Shown piece after piece: positions 30,029 to 39,849 of a stretch of DNA of 64,000 nucleotides. Position 1 is the first letter of the stretch, and every line of letters starts with the position of its first letter. This stretch comes from Actinomycetota bacterium (GTDB taxonomy: Bacteria; Actinomycetota; Geothermincolia; Fen-727; Anoxymicrobiaceae). The stretch is taken from positions 8,205 to 72,204 of the forward strand of contig JAHIMR010000065.1 of NCBI GenBank assembly GCA_018896525.1, in the 5' to 3' direction. The notes under the pieces were generated by a model. That model was not told the origin of the DNA. It was given only the letters and a program-made list of their open reading frames with translations, and did not search any database. Made by a program: the position numbers and the translations under genes.

Positions 30029-31080
30029 TCCGGTATCGCGAAGTCGTTGTGGACGCCCACCGTAGCCAGCTCTATGCAGCCATTTGGCAATTCCCAGAAG
30101 TGAAGATGGTATTCGTGATCTATGTCGCGTCTCGATGCCTTGGCGTTGTCGGAGGACCGCCTCCGCGGCGGGTCGCTGCCGCCTGGACTGGTTCTCAGGG
30201 GGTGGATCGACCGCAAGCTCTGTTTGTCGATAGCTTCACAGACGGCACGCAGTGCCCTGTCCGGGAACCCAGGATCAGCGTCCCTGCTACATTGCCTGAT
30301 GGCACCCTCGAAATGGTCACCGATGACCATACCACCAATGTTGTCCCAATTCGGCTCCTCATGCCTTTCGATACGGGACTTGTAGAGTCGGATGCGAATC
30401 GCGATCTCTATACCTGCAATATCGGTTGAAGCGGTCAATACCGCAGATTCGTCGATGCAGGTGAGGAGTCCCCTGAAATCATCGCAGGCGAGAACATCAC
30501 CTTCAAAATATTCAGGTGGGATCGGGACGTCCGACAACTGGTCATCCCTTTCGTGCTCGATCTCATGAACAAGGGCTCGAACGCGAATCGTGCGTTCCGG
30601 ACAATGCTTGAGGATAAGGGCGTTCTGTAGGATGTCCCCTTGACAATGCTTCCGGAGGATGGCCAGGAGGAGGATGCAACGAGCCAGATCCGTTTGCAAG
30701 CCATGCCCGGTGCAGAACTGCATCACATCGGGACTAGTAGAGAGGTCCTCGGACAAAGTGTCACGGACGCGGTAGTAGGTTTCGAACGACGGCGTGTGCT
30801 GAAGCAGTCTATTGATTACTGCCGCCACTGTGTTGATGTCATACTCTTGGATACCGTGGTGTGAGAAGAGTAGGCGCAGGTGTTCTCGGACCGGAAATAG
30901 CTCATCGGTAGACAGAGCCTCGGAGGCATACTCGCTCATACACAGCGCGATCCACGGCTCGTCGAGCAATTGGGCCCAGTCGAGAATCCGCTCCACGTAG
31001 CCATGAACGTCCTCGGCTGAACCGTGAGCCTGCGGAACGGCAAGCACTCCGGCATCAATGGTGACAGTGGCGCTGCTCAT
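30025..31080 (-). CDS. Hypothetical protein with possible C-terminal RelE-like nuclease domain
   Basis: Directly follows the DUF3696 ATPase; C-terminus HPLR...RRDIDHEYHLHFW...IELATVGVH resembles the RelE/ParE beta-sheet with terminal His. Confidence 0.6.
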   Translation of the reverse strand: MSSATVTIDAGVLAVPQAHGSAEDVHGYVERILDWAQLLDEPWIALCMSEYASEALSTDELFPVREHLRLLFSHHGIQEYDINTVAAVINRLLQHTPSFETYYRVRDTLSEDLSTSPDVMQFCTGHGLQTDLARCILLLAILRKHCQGDILQNALILKHCPERTIRVRALVHEIEHERDDQLSDVPIPPEYFEGDVLACDDFRGLLTCIDESAVLTASTDIAGIEIAIRIRLYKSRIERHEEPNWDNIGGMVIGDHFEGAIRQCSRDADPGFPDRALRAVCEAIDKQSLRSIHPLRTSPGGSDPPRRRSSDNAKASRRDIDHEYHLHFWELPNGCIELATVGVHNDFAIPE

Positions 31081-31082
31081 CG

Positions 31083-32990
31083 CTACTTACCCCTCTGCTT
31101 CTTCCGCTTCGCGGCGGCGGCTCTAAGGATAGCCTCTGCCTCACGCTGGTTCTGATCGAAGAAGCCATCTGGCCAATCGAGGATGGCACCGAACTCGTTT
31201 ACGCCGACTTTGCGGAAGACCGAACCGTCATCATCCCGCTCCACGAAGTAGAGACGGACCGCCTCAAGCCAGGGATTGGTCGTTGCAGCCGCGGCAGTTC
31301 GGAAGCGAATGCGATTCACAAGGTATTCGCTGTGTGTTTCGAGAACACATTGCTTCCCAAGCTGTGTCATGGAGAGAAAGAAATCTGCAAGGAGTGTCTG
31401 CACTCTGGGGTGCAGGTGTATTTCAGGCTGCTCGAAGATCAGCGTCGTATCAGGGTCAGCAAGCAAGCTGGAGACAAGGATAGGAAGAACCTGACTCACT
31501 CCAACCCCAACGTGAGTCAGGTCGTGGTACCGCGTCCCGCCCGTAATGCTGACGACGAGTTCGTGGCCAAACTTGCCTTTGTCCTGGCTTTGGATACTTT
31601 CGGCGACGCCAAGGTACTGGAGCCAATCAACGACTGCCGCTTCAAGCGTCCTCGTTGTTGGTGTTGGCACCACCTCATCACCGATAAATGCGGAAGTCGG
31701 GATATAACGGATGGGGCGATTCTTGTGCAGTTCAAGAACAGCTGCGGTGTGCTCTCCCTTTAGGCCGACATCCGAAGGATCGACTGTCGGGGAAAGCGGA
31801 TAGAGGGGCTTGGGCTCATCCCGAAGCGGGCCAAGGTAACGTACCGAGTTGGTAAAGAATTGATCGGTATACCAGCATGCTTCGGTTATACTGTTTGGAG
31901 ATGGGTAGAGAATGACATCGAGGTCCTCTCCCTGTTCTTTACACATAGCGTCATTAACCAAGCTCTCGAGGTTCGGATATTCCGCAATCTGGCGATGGAA
32001 CTCCATCCTGGCACGAGACGATATTCGCCCGAACGCATCGAGGAATGTTTCCATGAAAACGGCAGACTCGTCGAATAGAGGCCGCTGGCTGAAGGCATTC
32101 TCAAGCGATTCTCGAAGGTCAGACCCTTCCATTTTTCTGGCTATATCCAAAATGCAATCAATAACAGGTTTTGGCACGATGCCTTCGCGGCCAACAAAGA
32201 GACGACGCGGCATTCTGCGCGGGCTATCTCCGATTAGGGTGCTGACGATGAACCGAGTGGTTTCCGGCACTAGATCGACGCCGAGTGCAATCCGCTCGGG
32301 AAGGAAATGCCGTAGGATACAGCCGATAGGCTTGGCCGATACCATATCTTCGTGAATCTCCGCCATCGATGCATCATCGAGATCAACCTCATACTGCATA
32401 CTGGCGCGTAGGATGTCGTCGCCGGCTTCGGTGGCTTCAGTCCATCTATGCTTTGATGTCGTATCAGTTGTCGTTGCGCGACGAATCGAAATGGAGTATG
32501 GGCGGTCACTGCCCTCGGCGTCGCGAGTTATAGAAGATACAACCGACGAGAACAAACGAGGTTGGAGCTGAGTAATTTCTCTCTGTGTGCCCGAATCATC
32601 AGTGTCAAAGCTGATTTCACACGACACGGATGATATGGCATACCTTTGCCTGCCGTAGAATGTGGGAGCACGGCGGGATGCCGCAACTCGCATGCCTGCC
32701 ACCTTGGGATCATAGACAGGCTTGCATGTCCAGCCTATGACAATCTGGCTCGCATCGCTTTCAGCACTCTTGAGATCGTCAAACTGCCCCAGTTTGGCGA
32801 GTGCCCCGTTGAGAACCACAGAGCGCGAACTGACCTTGTTTGCCAAAGTCTGAGCGACGAGCAAGATGGATTGCAGCAACGTGCTCTTACCGCTGCTGTT
32901 CGCACCTGCGAATATTGTCAGCGGTGCGAATTCCAACTCGGTCTCATTGCGGACCGATTTGAAGTTGAACACCTTCCACTTGGTGATCAT
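31083..32990 (-). CDS. ABC/AAA ATPase with DUF3696-like C-terminus
   Basis: NFKS, GANSSGKS (Walker A), VGVGVSQVLP, IFEQPEIHLHP, ETHSE, WPDGFFDQ. Confidence 0.85.
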   Translation of the reverse strand: MITKWKVFNFKSVRNETELEFAPLTIFAGANSSGKSTLLQSILLVAQTLANKVSSRSVVLNGALAKLGQFDDLKSAESDASQIVIGWTCKPVYDPKVAGMRVAASRRAPTFYGRQRYAISSVSCEISFDTDDSGTQREITQLQPRLFSSVVSSITRDAEGSDRPYSISIRRATTTDTTSKHRWTEATEAGDDILRASMQYEVDLDDASMAEIHEDMVSAKPIGCILRHFLPERIALGVDLVPETTRFIVSTLIGDSPRRMPRRLFVGREGIVPKPVIDCILDIARKMEGSDLRESLENAFSQRPLFDESAVFMETFLDAFGRISSRARMEFHRQIAEYPNLESLVNDAMCKEQGEDLDVILYPSPNSITEACWYTDQFFTNSVRYLGPLRDEPKPLYPLSPTVDPSDVGLKGEHTAAVLELHKNRPIRYIPTSAFIGDEVVPTPTTRTLEAAVVDWLQYLGVAESIQSQDKGKFGHELVVSITGGTRYHDLTHVGVGVSQVLPILVSSLLADPDTTLIFEQPEIHLHPRVQTLLADFFLSMTQLGKQCVLETHSEYLVNRIRFRTAAAATTNPWLEAVRLYFVERDDDGSVFRKVGVNEFGAILDWPDGFFDQNQREAEAILRAAAAKRKKQRGK

Positions 32991-35791
32991 ACCTCACCTC
33001 CTGTTCTTGTCAGCGCCTGGTCGTACCACATGAGGAGTTTCGGGTCTTCCTGGAGGACGTTCTCGGGTATCTTGCGGGCCACGGCGATGATCGTGGCGTA
33101 TTCGTGCTCCTGCCAGGCCTTCTTGAATCCGGCGCGAACGGCCTCCACGCGGAACACCTTCAGGCGTTTCTGTTTGGACTGGCGATACTCCTCGAACTCG
33201 CGCATAAGAGCCCGCTCGCGCAGTTTCTCCAAGTCGCCTGCCTTGTTCGGGTCAGGCACGTACCAGCGGTCCTTGGCCTTGGCCTTGAGCGTCGGGTCAT
33301 CTTTTACCAGGTTGCGCAGTTCCTTGAAGTTCGAGGAGAGGTAGCTGTGGATCTGGCTCGGCACCTCGCCCTTACCGTCGCAACGTAGGAAGTTTTGCTC
33401 CAGCAGTTCATCAAGCTCGAGCATCTTTTCGTTCTTTTGCCAGCCACCAATCTCCTGCATGAATTGCGGCTTCAGATCACCTGCCGTTTGCGGTTTCTTC
33501 GTTAGTTGTTGTTTGAGCCACTGGATGGCCGAGGCTTCGTCGGAAACTAGAAGCTGAAGCTGGAGTACCTCTTTGACCGTCATTCGCTTCTTGTCGTACT
33601 CGGCTGCCTGATCTGGCAGGAAATACATACCGTCGCGTGGAGTAAAGCGTTGTTCCAGTCCCGCATAGAATTCAGCAGCAGATAGAGGCACCGTGGTTCC
33701 TCGTTGGACGTGGAAAGCAACCATGCGATCAAAGAGCAGGTGACTCTGCCGCTCCGGTATCATTTCTGCCATTCCGTTTGTGGATACAAATACTGGAAGT
33801 TGCTTGAGATGCGTACGGACAACATCCCAAACACCCTCTTCGGTACCGGCTGTAAGTTTGAAGCGCTCCGCCAACCCGCCATTGGGCTTATAAGCAGAGA
33901 TAACCAAGTCTTTGTTCACAGCGTTTGCGTTGAGCTGCTTCTTCGTCAGCATTCCTTTGTCGAGAACGCGGACATCAGCAATGATAAACCCCGCTTGACC
34001 CAAAGCTTCTTGTATGGCCGTCCAGACGGAATTCTTTGAATTATGAAACTCGATTGTCACCCAGCGACCGGGTTTCAGAAGCCGGTACACCTCCTTGAGA
34101 CAGGAGGTCATCATCAGCGTATAAACCGCCAGGTCCTTGTCCTGCGTCCCGCTCACTACGGCATCTTGCGCTGCGTTTGTGAACACTCGAAGCCATGCTT
34201 CCCACAGAAAATTCAGTTCAGCATAAGGTAGGTTGTCTCCAAATGGCGGATCGATGAAAACATAGTCAACAGAGTTGTCTGGACCGAGTATATATGCCAA
34301 TGACTGAGTAGTAACCATCGTGCCGCTTTCAGAAGATGGAACAGCCTTCCTAAAGCGCTTGAGTTTTCCGGTCAGGACGTATGTTGGACTCGGCTCACTT
34401 ACTATCGAACCTAAATACAACGTGCCGCTGAGAGACCGGTTAACCTGGGAGTATGCGTTCTTTAGGAATCTATTGCGACGAGTGAAGCTCACGACGATGC
34501 CTTGAAGTGTGAACCGCCAGAGACGTTTCGCTTCCTCTGAAGGCAGATCGTCGGCGCTATGCCAAAGGATGGAGAAAGCAACAAGCTGGCGTACAAGATG
34601 AAAATCGTGAACCCGACTGATGCCCTCATGGTAGCCTCGATAGAGATCGCCCCATTCTTCGCCTTCGGGCGTGAACATCATTAACTCGGTGGGGTAACCA
34701 ATCTGCTCCAGCATCTGCTCGATCTTCGCCAGAACTTGAATGTCCTTTTCGTTCGGTAGCTTTTTCTTCTTGGCCCCTCGGTGGCGGTAGCAGATTTCGA
34801 CCGGTTTGAGAATCTGTTTACTACGGGTGGCCCCAACAGCCTTGTCATAGTACTTCGTTGTGCAACGGATAAGATCTCGTTTTGAAACCTTGGCAGAGCA
34901 GTGCAGGCAAGTTGGATTCTCAACGATCTTACCGGATGAAGCATCATATGCCAGTGCCCAAAATTCTAACTCGCCTGAGCAGTGAGGACAACTGAATACC
35001 TCTGACCAAACTGTAAAATCGATCTCGCAGACATCCCCTGACTTGGGGTCCGTGGTCTGGTACATCCATCCGTATTCGCGATTGAACTTCTTGAGCAACT
35101 CTGCAGCGAGTTTGGGGAATGATTCAGGGTTCCTTGTCAGGTTATATCCGGCCGCGATAAGCGTCGCTGCAGGAGAGAGATCATTCAGAATGGCCTTTCG
35201 GCAACCTTTACTTCCTATGTTCTGGCCGTTCTCATCGAAAAGCTGATCATCGGCTCTGGGTGTGTACCCAAGCGCCGCGAGAGTGCTTGGATCATCGCAT
35301 AGTTGTGCGGCTACACCGGTCATCCCCGTCCCACAGAATCCATCAAAAACCACATCCCCTGGCTCGGTATAATACAGGATATACCGCATGATGGCCTTGT
35401 GCGGAACCTTAGTGTGGTAGGAGTGGGCGTTGTAAATTGGGTCGTTCTTTCCTTCGCTGACATCCGCGGCAAATGGTCCCCGCCGGTAATCGTCTGTCTT
35501 CTGGTCATACGGTTTCCCGTACTGCTTGACAAAATCCTCGATGAACGGGTTCGGGCAGGCGGTGTAGTACGGAGGATCGGACAGGGCCAGGATGTCCTCG
35601 TCCTCGCCAATCGGGAATCCCTCAATCTTGCGGAACTCCGGGTCCTTGAGATCCTCGCGTAGCTTCTCCAGGAAATACTCTCGGCGTTTCTCGTCGTTCT
35701 CGAAGGTCAAGCCCAGGCATTCAACGGGCCCCTGCGTCTTGGCAGCGGGTTCCAGGTCGAAAAGACTATGCTCGTGGCGTTCCTTTACCAT
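32987..35791 (-). CDS. pglXI: BREX type 3 DNA methyltransferase PglXI
   Basis: HSYHTKVPH, FDGFCGTGMTG (SAM binding), IDPPF (amino-MTase catalytic motif); ATG 35791 with GAGGAG RBS. Confidence 0.85.
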   Translation of the reverse strand: MVKERHEHSLFDLEPAAKTQGPVECLGLTFENDEKRREYFLEKLREDLKDPEFRKIEGFPIGEDEDILALSDPPYYTACPNPFIEDFVKQYGKPYDQKTDDYRRGPFAADVSEGKNDPIYNAHSYHTKVPHKAIMRYILYYTEPGDVVFDGFCGTGMTGVAAQLCDDPSTLAALGYTPRADDQLFDENGQNIGSKGCRKAILNDLSPAATLIAAGYNLTRNPESFPKLAAELLKKFNREYGWMYQTTDPKSGDVCEIDFTVWSEVFSCPHCSGELEFWALAYDASSGKIVENPTCLHCSAKVSKRDLIRCTTKYYDKAVGATRSKQILKPVEICYRHRGAKKKKLPNEKDIQVLAKIEQMLEQIGYPTELMMFTPEGEEWGDLYRGYHEGISRVHDFHLVRQLVAFSILWHSADDLPSEEAKRLWRFTLQGIVVSFTRRNRFLKNAYSQVNRSLSGTLYLGSIVSEPSPTYVLTGKLKRFRKAVPSSESGTMVTTQSLAYILGPDNSVDYVFIDPPFGDNLPYAELNFLWEAWLRVFTNAAQDAVVSGTQDKDLAVYTLMMTSCLKEVYRLLKPGRWVTIEFHNSKNSVWTAIQEALGQAGFIIADVRVLDKGMLTKKQLNANAVNKDLVISAYKPNGGLAERFKLTAGTEEGVWDVVRTHLKQLPVFVSTNGMAEMIPERQSHLLFDRMVAFHVQRGTTVPLSAAEFYAGLEQRFTPRDGMYFLPDQAAEYDKKRMTVKEVLQLQLLVSDEASAIQWLKQQLTKKPQTAGDLKPQFMQEIGGWQKNEKMLELDELLEQNFLRCDGKGEVPSQIHSYLSSNFKELRNLVKDDPTLKAKAKDRWYVPDPNKAGDLEKLRERALMREFEEYRQSKQKRLKVFRVEAVRAGFKKAWQEHEYATIIAVARKIPENVLQEDPKLLMWYDQALTRTGGEV

Positions 35792-35801
35792 CAGCCTCTC
35801 C

Positions 35802-38096
35802 TCAATCCCCGCCAACAAGACGCAAAGTTCGCTTCACAAACCCATGCAACTCATCTGAGAATATGGGTTCTGAGTCGGCATTCGGATTCTGCTCGTGGTG
35901 ATATTTCTTGGAATATTCGTTTATTGCTTCAAATTCTAGGAGGTCGTCCTTAGCATGTTGAAGCCCACTCGCGCTATCAGCACCACGTATCTTGCTGATA
36001 AAATCCCCAAGCCATTCATTGGGTTGAAAGTACCCGGGGAAGTGCACCCGGAGCATTCCCTCAAGAAAGGGGCGAATCGCACGCGCCACATCGAGCGATG
36101 TTCCGCTACGGTCCCGATAGAAGTTCAACAGGGTGGAGTAGTCCTTCTGATAAGTGCTTAGGGTCTCTTCCTCTATGTCCCACTCGCCAAGTTTAGTATT
36201 GTTACCCGTCCGGAATAATTGCAGCGTTCTCATTTCACTGGATGAATGGCCGTCGGAGACCAACTTCAAGAAATGAGGGTCATGAGATAGAACGATGACC
36301 TGTTGCGCTGAGCAAGATAGACCACGAATAAGCTGCTGAGTGCAGGTGCGCCGAAAACGGTCGAGGCTGGTGAATGGGTCGTCGAGCACGACGATCTTGT
36401 TGCCGAGGTTCGCGTCTTGCTTCAACGCGGCCAGAAAGAACGCCAGGGCAAGCGCGCTACGGTCGCCTGAACTCAACGTTGTTTTGAAACATGGCGTGCC
36501 GGCCGGTGTTCGGCTATCGCCAAGATCGACAGATGTGTTGTTTATCTGGATTTGAAACTGCGAACTTGGTGTTCCCCCGCGATAGCTATGTTGCGTGTTT
36601 ACTATTCGAAAACCCGTGTTGAACTGGTCCAGATACTCGTTGATCGCATGCTCGTAGGTTTGGAGGATACTCTGACGCTGGTCAAGCTGCTGCTTCGCGG
36701 TATCCTTCTGTTGTTCAAGATCGTTCTTATCGATCAGTGCATCCTGATAGTCCTGACACGCCTGAACCATATCCGGCTCGAAGCGCTTCTTCTTTGCCTC
36801 CAGGTCGGCGAGTTCTTGCTTCAGTGAGTTGATATCGCCGCCTTGCTGAACGGCTGTCTTCTGTTCAGTGATGCGGGCATTGCTGGCAGCAACGGCGGCG
36901 TTGTAGGTGTCCACAGCCTGTTGAAGTGATTGCACTTCATTGAGCGCGGTTGTGAAATGATCATTCGGAGTTACCGCTTCCACCGGGTTCTGCTGCTTGC
37001 GCTGCGCCAACGCCAATGCAAGTCCCCGTAGTCTCGCACAATTGGCTTGGACATTCTGAAACGGAAAATCCGGAACGCTGACTTCGGTAAACTGCTTCCA
37101 GAATTCGATGAGCGCCAAGTTGCCGGAGAGCGCTTGTTGCACGGCGTTGAGCGCCGTATCGCCGATGGCGATTGTGATGCGCTGGCTGAGTCGCGCGACT
37201 TCCTCTTTGAGAGTCTTGTACGCCGTGTTGAAATGCGAGCGGTAAGCGGCACTCAAGTCATTAAACTGGATGCCCTGGCCACAAAAGGGACAAAGGTCAT
37301 TCCTCACGTATCCCATGCCTTGTGAGAGCCATGTCTCACCCTGGTTCCCCATTTGGTGGCTGGCGATTTGCTGCCGGACGCACGTTTCGGCATCGGCGGT
37401 GATGTCCGTTAGTTTCTTCCCAAGAATCGTGAGGAAGTCTTCGGGAAATGTGGGTAGTGAGATCTTGGCGAGTAGCGCCTTGGACTGAATCTCGGTTGCT
37501 TTGTCCAACGCGAGTTGACGGTTAGCGATCTCCGTGTTCTTCTGTTGAATCCTACTTTCAATGCCATCAACCGGCTGCCAGGCAAGATATGACTCAAGCG
37601 TTACCCGATTGGGCAGGGTTCTTGATACGGCTTCTTTCTTTGTCCTGATGTCTGCGTTCGCGTCGCGAATCTTGCCGTCCAGTTCTTCAATCTGTTTGGC
37701 GAGTTGAACGCCTTGCGTCCCGACGATAACCCGATAAAGGTTCTTCTTCTGCTCGTGGTCCACATAGTCCCCGGCGTAAACATTGTCGTGGATGAACACG
37801 GAATCGAAGATGGCAATGTCGGGGTGTATGGCGGACCATGCGTTGTTGGAGAAGGTAAGGGTGCTGTTTCCCAGACGCATCTGGACGGAAGCCGCTTCGT
37901 TGGTACCAAGGGTCTTTCGTTCGGAAATGAACTCGGGTTGGCCGGTCTGCAACGAACGGAGAATAGCGCACAGCATGGTCTTGCCCCGCCCGTTTTCCGC
38001 GAAGAGGAGCGTTAGATTCCGAAAGGCCACGTCGCCTTTCGGGCAACAATCACGGAACCGGCCAATGTTCTTGATGCTGATGAACTTCTCAATCAT
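35802..38096 (-). CDS. RloC-like SMC/Rad50-type ATPase (AAA_13) with zinc hook and helical C-terminal domain
   Basis: AENGRGKT, coiled coils, CPFCGQ, LSSGDR, LDDPFTSLD, LSHD; HEPN-like tail RPFLE...NEYSKKYHH. Confidence 0.78.
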   Translation of the reverse strand: MIEKFISIKNIGRFRDCCPKGDVAFRNLTLLFAENGRGKTMLCAILRSLQTGQPEFISERKTLGTNEAASVQMRLGNSTLTFSNNAWSAIHPDIAIFDSVFIHDNVYAGDYVDHEQKKNLYRVIVGTQGVQLAKQIEELDGKIRDANADIRTKKEAVSRTLPNRVTLESYLAWQPVDGIESRIQQKNTEIANRQLALDKATEIQSKALLAKISLPTFPEDFLTILGKKLTDITADAETCVRQQIASHQMGNQGETWLSQGMGYVRNDLCPFCGQGIQFNDLSAAYRSHFNTAYKTLKEEVARLSQRITIAIGDTALNAVQQALSGNLALIEFWKQFTEVSVPDFPFQNVQANCARLRGLALALAQRKQQNPVEAVTPNDHFTTALNEVQSLQQAVDTYNAAVAASNARITEQKTAVQQGGDINSLKQELADLEAKKKRFEPDMVQACQDYQDALIDKNDLEQQKDTAKQQLDQRQSILQTYEHAINEYLDQFNTGFRIVNTQHSYRGGTPSSQFQIQINNTSVDLGDSRTPAGTPCFKTTLSSGDRSALALAFFLAALKQDANLGNKIVVLDDPFTSLDRFRRTCTQQLIRGLSCSAQQVIVLSHDPHFLKLVSDGHSSSEMRTLQLFRTGNNTKLGEWDIEEETLSTYQKDYSTLLNFYRDRSGTSLDVARAIRPFLEGMLRVHFPGYFQPNEWLGDFISKIRGADSASGLQHAKDDLLEFEAINEYSKKYHHEQNPNADSEPIFSDELHGFVKRTLRLVGGD

Positions 38097-38246
38097 GTGT
38101 GGATCTTCCCGCCTTGTTCACTGAACAAATTCCGGTACCTTTTTCAGGCTTGTCCATTGCGCGAGTCTCATCTGCCGCCGGCACGACGCTCTTCACTTGG
38201 TCACCCAAGAACTGACCAAATGGTCTCAAGTTGGTCACTAACTTGG

Positions 38247-39812
38247 TCACTCGCCCTCTCTTTCGTTTGTTGACAGGAATCCCCGCCCCTTTTCCGTGAG
38301 CCGGTATTTTTGCAGGCGGCTGTTCGGTTTCTCCGGAATTGTGTATTCTATGTATCCGGCCTTCATCGCAGGGTGTAGGTAGTTTTGGCGAAATGTCGGC
38401 CGATGCTTGATATCAAGAGCTTCGCGGAGTTCTCCGGAAGACATTTCGCTCTCTTGGAGTAAGATCAAGAGTCGCTCAAATTGGGAGGCCGACTGGGTCG
38501 GTGACTGGGTCGGTGACTGGGTCGGTGACTCTGGCCGAGTAGCCCCGAACATGGCCTTCATGAGGTCCGAGGCCATGTCCACTTCCTTGTCCAACTCAGG
38601 GATAAAGAGCTCGAACGCCTTCCAGGCACGGTCATTCTTGTATGTTGGGGCTGGATGCCCCACCGCCTGCCATTCCTCGCGCATCATTCGCATGCCCGTA
38701 CCGGCCTGTTCGCACATGGCGATACGCCGCATTGCGGCAGTGATGCCGGGATTGCGAACTTCCTTTTCGCCCGGTTCCATAAGCCGAGAGTCGTCGCCGA
38801 ACACATCGCCGGGATTCCAGAACTGAATGCCATCGCGAAAGAATTTGATGACCGCTTTCCGGGAATGATCGCCGTAATCCTGGTGAATCAGCAGGTTCAT
38901 GGCAGCCTCTCGGAATACGCGGAATCCGGGCGGATCGTCACGGCGCCCGAGGGTTACCGGGTCGATATCCCTGAAGGGCTTGGGCATGAAGAACTTGTAT
39001 TTTGCGACCAGTTGTTCCCAAGCATGGATGATGTTCTCTTCACAGACAATCCGGTCGATCCAGCGAGTCCGCGGCATTTCTTCATTCGTCGCATAGCCGA
39101 GAAACTGAACATCCAGCGTCGGCCTGGGAATCAGTTGATGAACCGCGAGTGAAGACCCGAACAGCATGATAGCTCCGTGGGTCGGAATCCGTCGTTTTCC
39201 GTCCTTGATAAGATATCCCCACCGGTAGAGGAAACTCTCGTCGGGTTCTTCCGAATCGGTACCGCTGTTTGCCGAATGGAATCGGTCACGAAACCAGCGA
39301 AGGCTGCTCGGTTCGAACGCTTCTTCGAGCAGTACCCGCTCGAAGGGCTGGCTGTCCCACCGGTCGGCTGTGGCGTCGCGCAGCATACGCTCGATGTCCT
39401 GCATCTGGGCTCGGTAGTCTCCACTACCCTTGCGGAGGAACGTACGCCGAATATCGCCGTCCAGATACACCGGTTTGCGGGTACGGGGATTTTCGGCGAT
39501 GTGGAAGGCCAGTACAATCTTGTCGTCTATGTGGAATCGCTGCTCGTTAACCTGTACATCGTGGTTGACTTTCTGGTCGGCATGAAGCAACGAAAGAAAA
39601 TCGCCTTGCACCTTGTCAGGTTTATCGACGCCAATAACTTTGAACTCTTCACCGTGCTGACCAATACCAAACACCAAGCGACCGCCGTGGGTATTGGCGA
39701 ACGCGGAAATGGTCTCGAACGCTGACCTGGGAACTGCCGTACGAGCTTCCTTGAACTCGACATCGTTCCATTCCCCCGCTTCCAGCAGTTCTTTTAATTC
39801 CGCGATTTTCAT
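38247..39812 (-). CDS. Schlafen/AlbA_2 domain + RecG C-terminal-like domain + winged HTH protein
   Basis: EWNDVEFKEA, SAFANTHGG, REAAMNLLIHQDY, NPG, EQAGTG, SPTQ linker, PNSRLQKYRLT. Confidence 0.82.
   Translation of the reverse strand: MKIAELKELLEAGEWNDVEFKEARTAVPRSAFETISAFANTHGGRLVFGIGQHGEEFKVIGVDKPDKVQGDFLSLLHADQKVNHDVQVNEQRFHIDDKIVLAFHIAENPRTRKPVYLDGDIRRTFLRKGSGDYRAQMQDIERMLRDATADRWDSQPFERVLLEEAFEPSSLRWFRDRFHSANSGTDSEEPDESFLYRWGYLIKDGKRRIPTHGAIMLFGSSLAVHQLIPRPTLDVQFLGYATNEEMPRTRWIDRIVCEENIIHAWEQLVAKYKFFMPKPFRDIDPVTLGRRDDPPGFRVFREAAMNLLIHQDYGDHSRKAVIKFFRDGIQFWNPGDVFGDDSRLMEPGEKEVRNPGITAAMRRIAMCEQAGTGMRMMREEWQAVGHPAPTYKNDRAWKAFELFIPELDKEVDMASDLMKAMFGATRPESPTQSPTQSPTQSASQFERLLILLQESEMSSGELREALDIKHRPTFRQNYLHPAMKAGYIEYTIPEKPNSRLQKYRLTEKGRGFLSTNEREGE
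38491..38530. repeat. 12-bp tandem repeat (GACTGGGTCGGT x3.3) encoding the SPTQ linker
   Basis: Read directly from the sequence. Confidence 0.85.
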
Positions 39813-39849
39813 TGCCGCAATCCGTGTCTATCCGTGGTCATCCGTGGTT

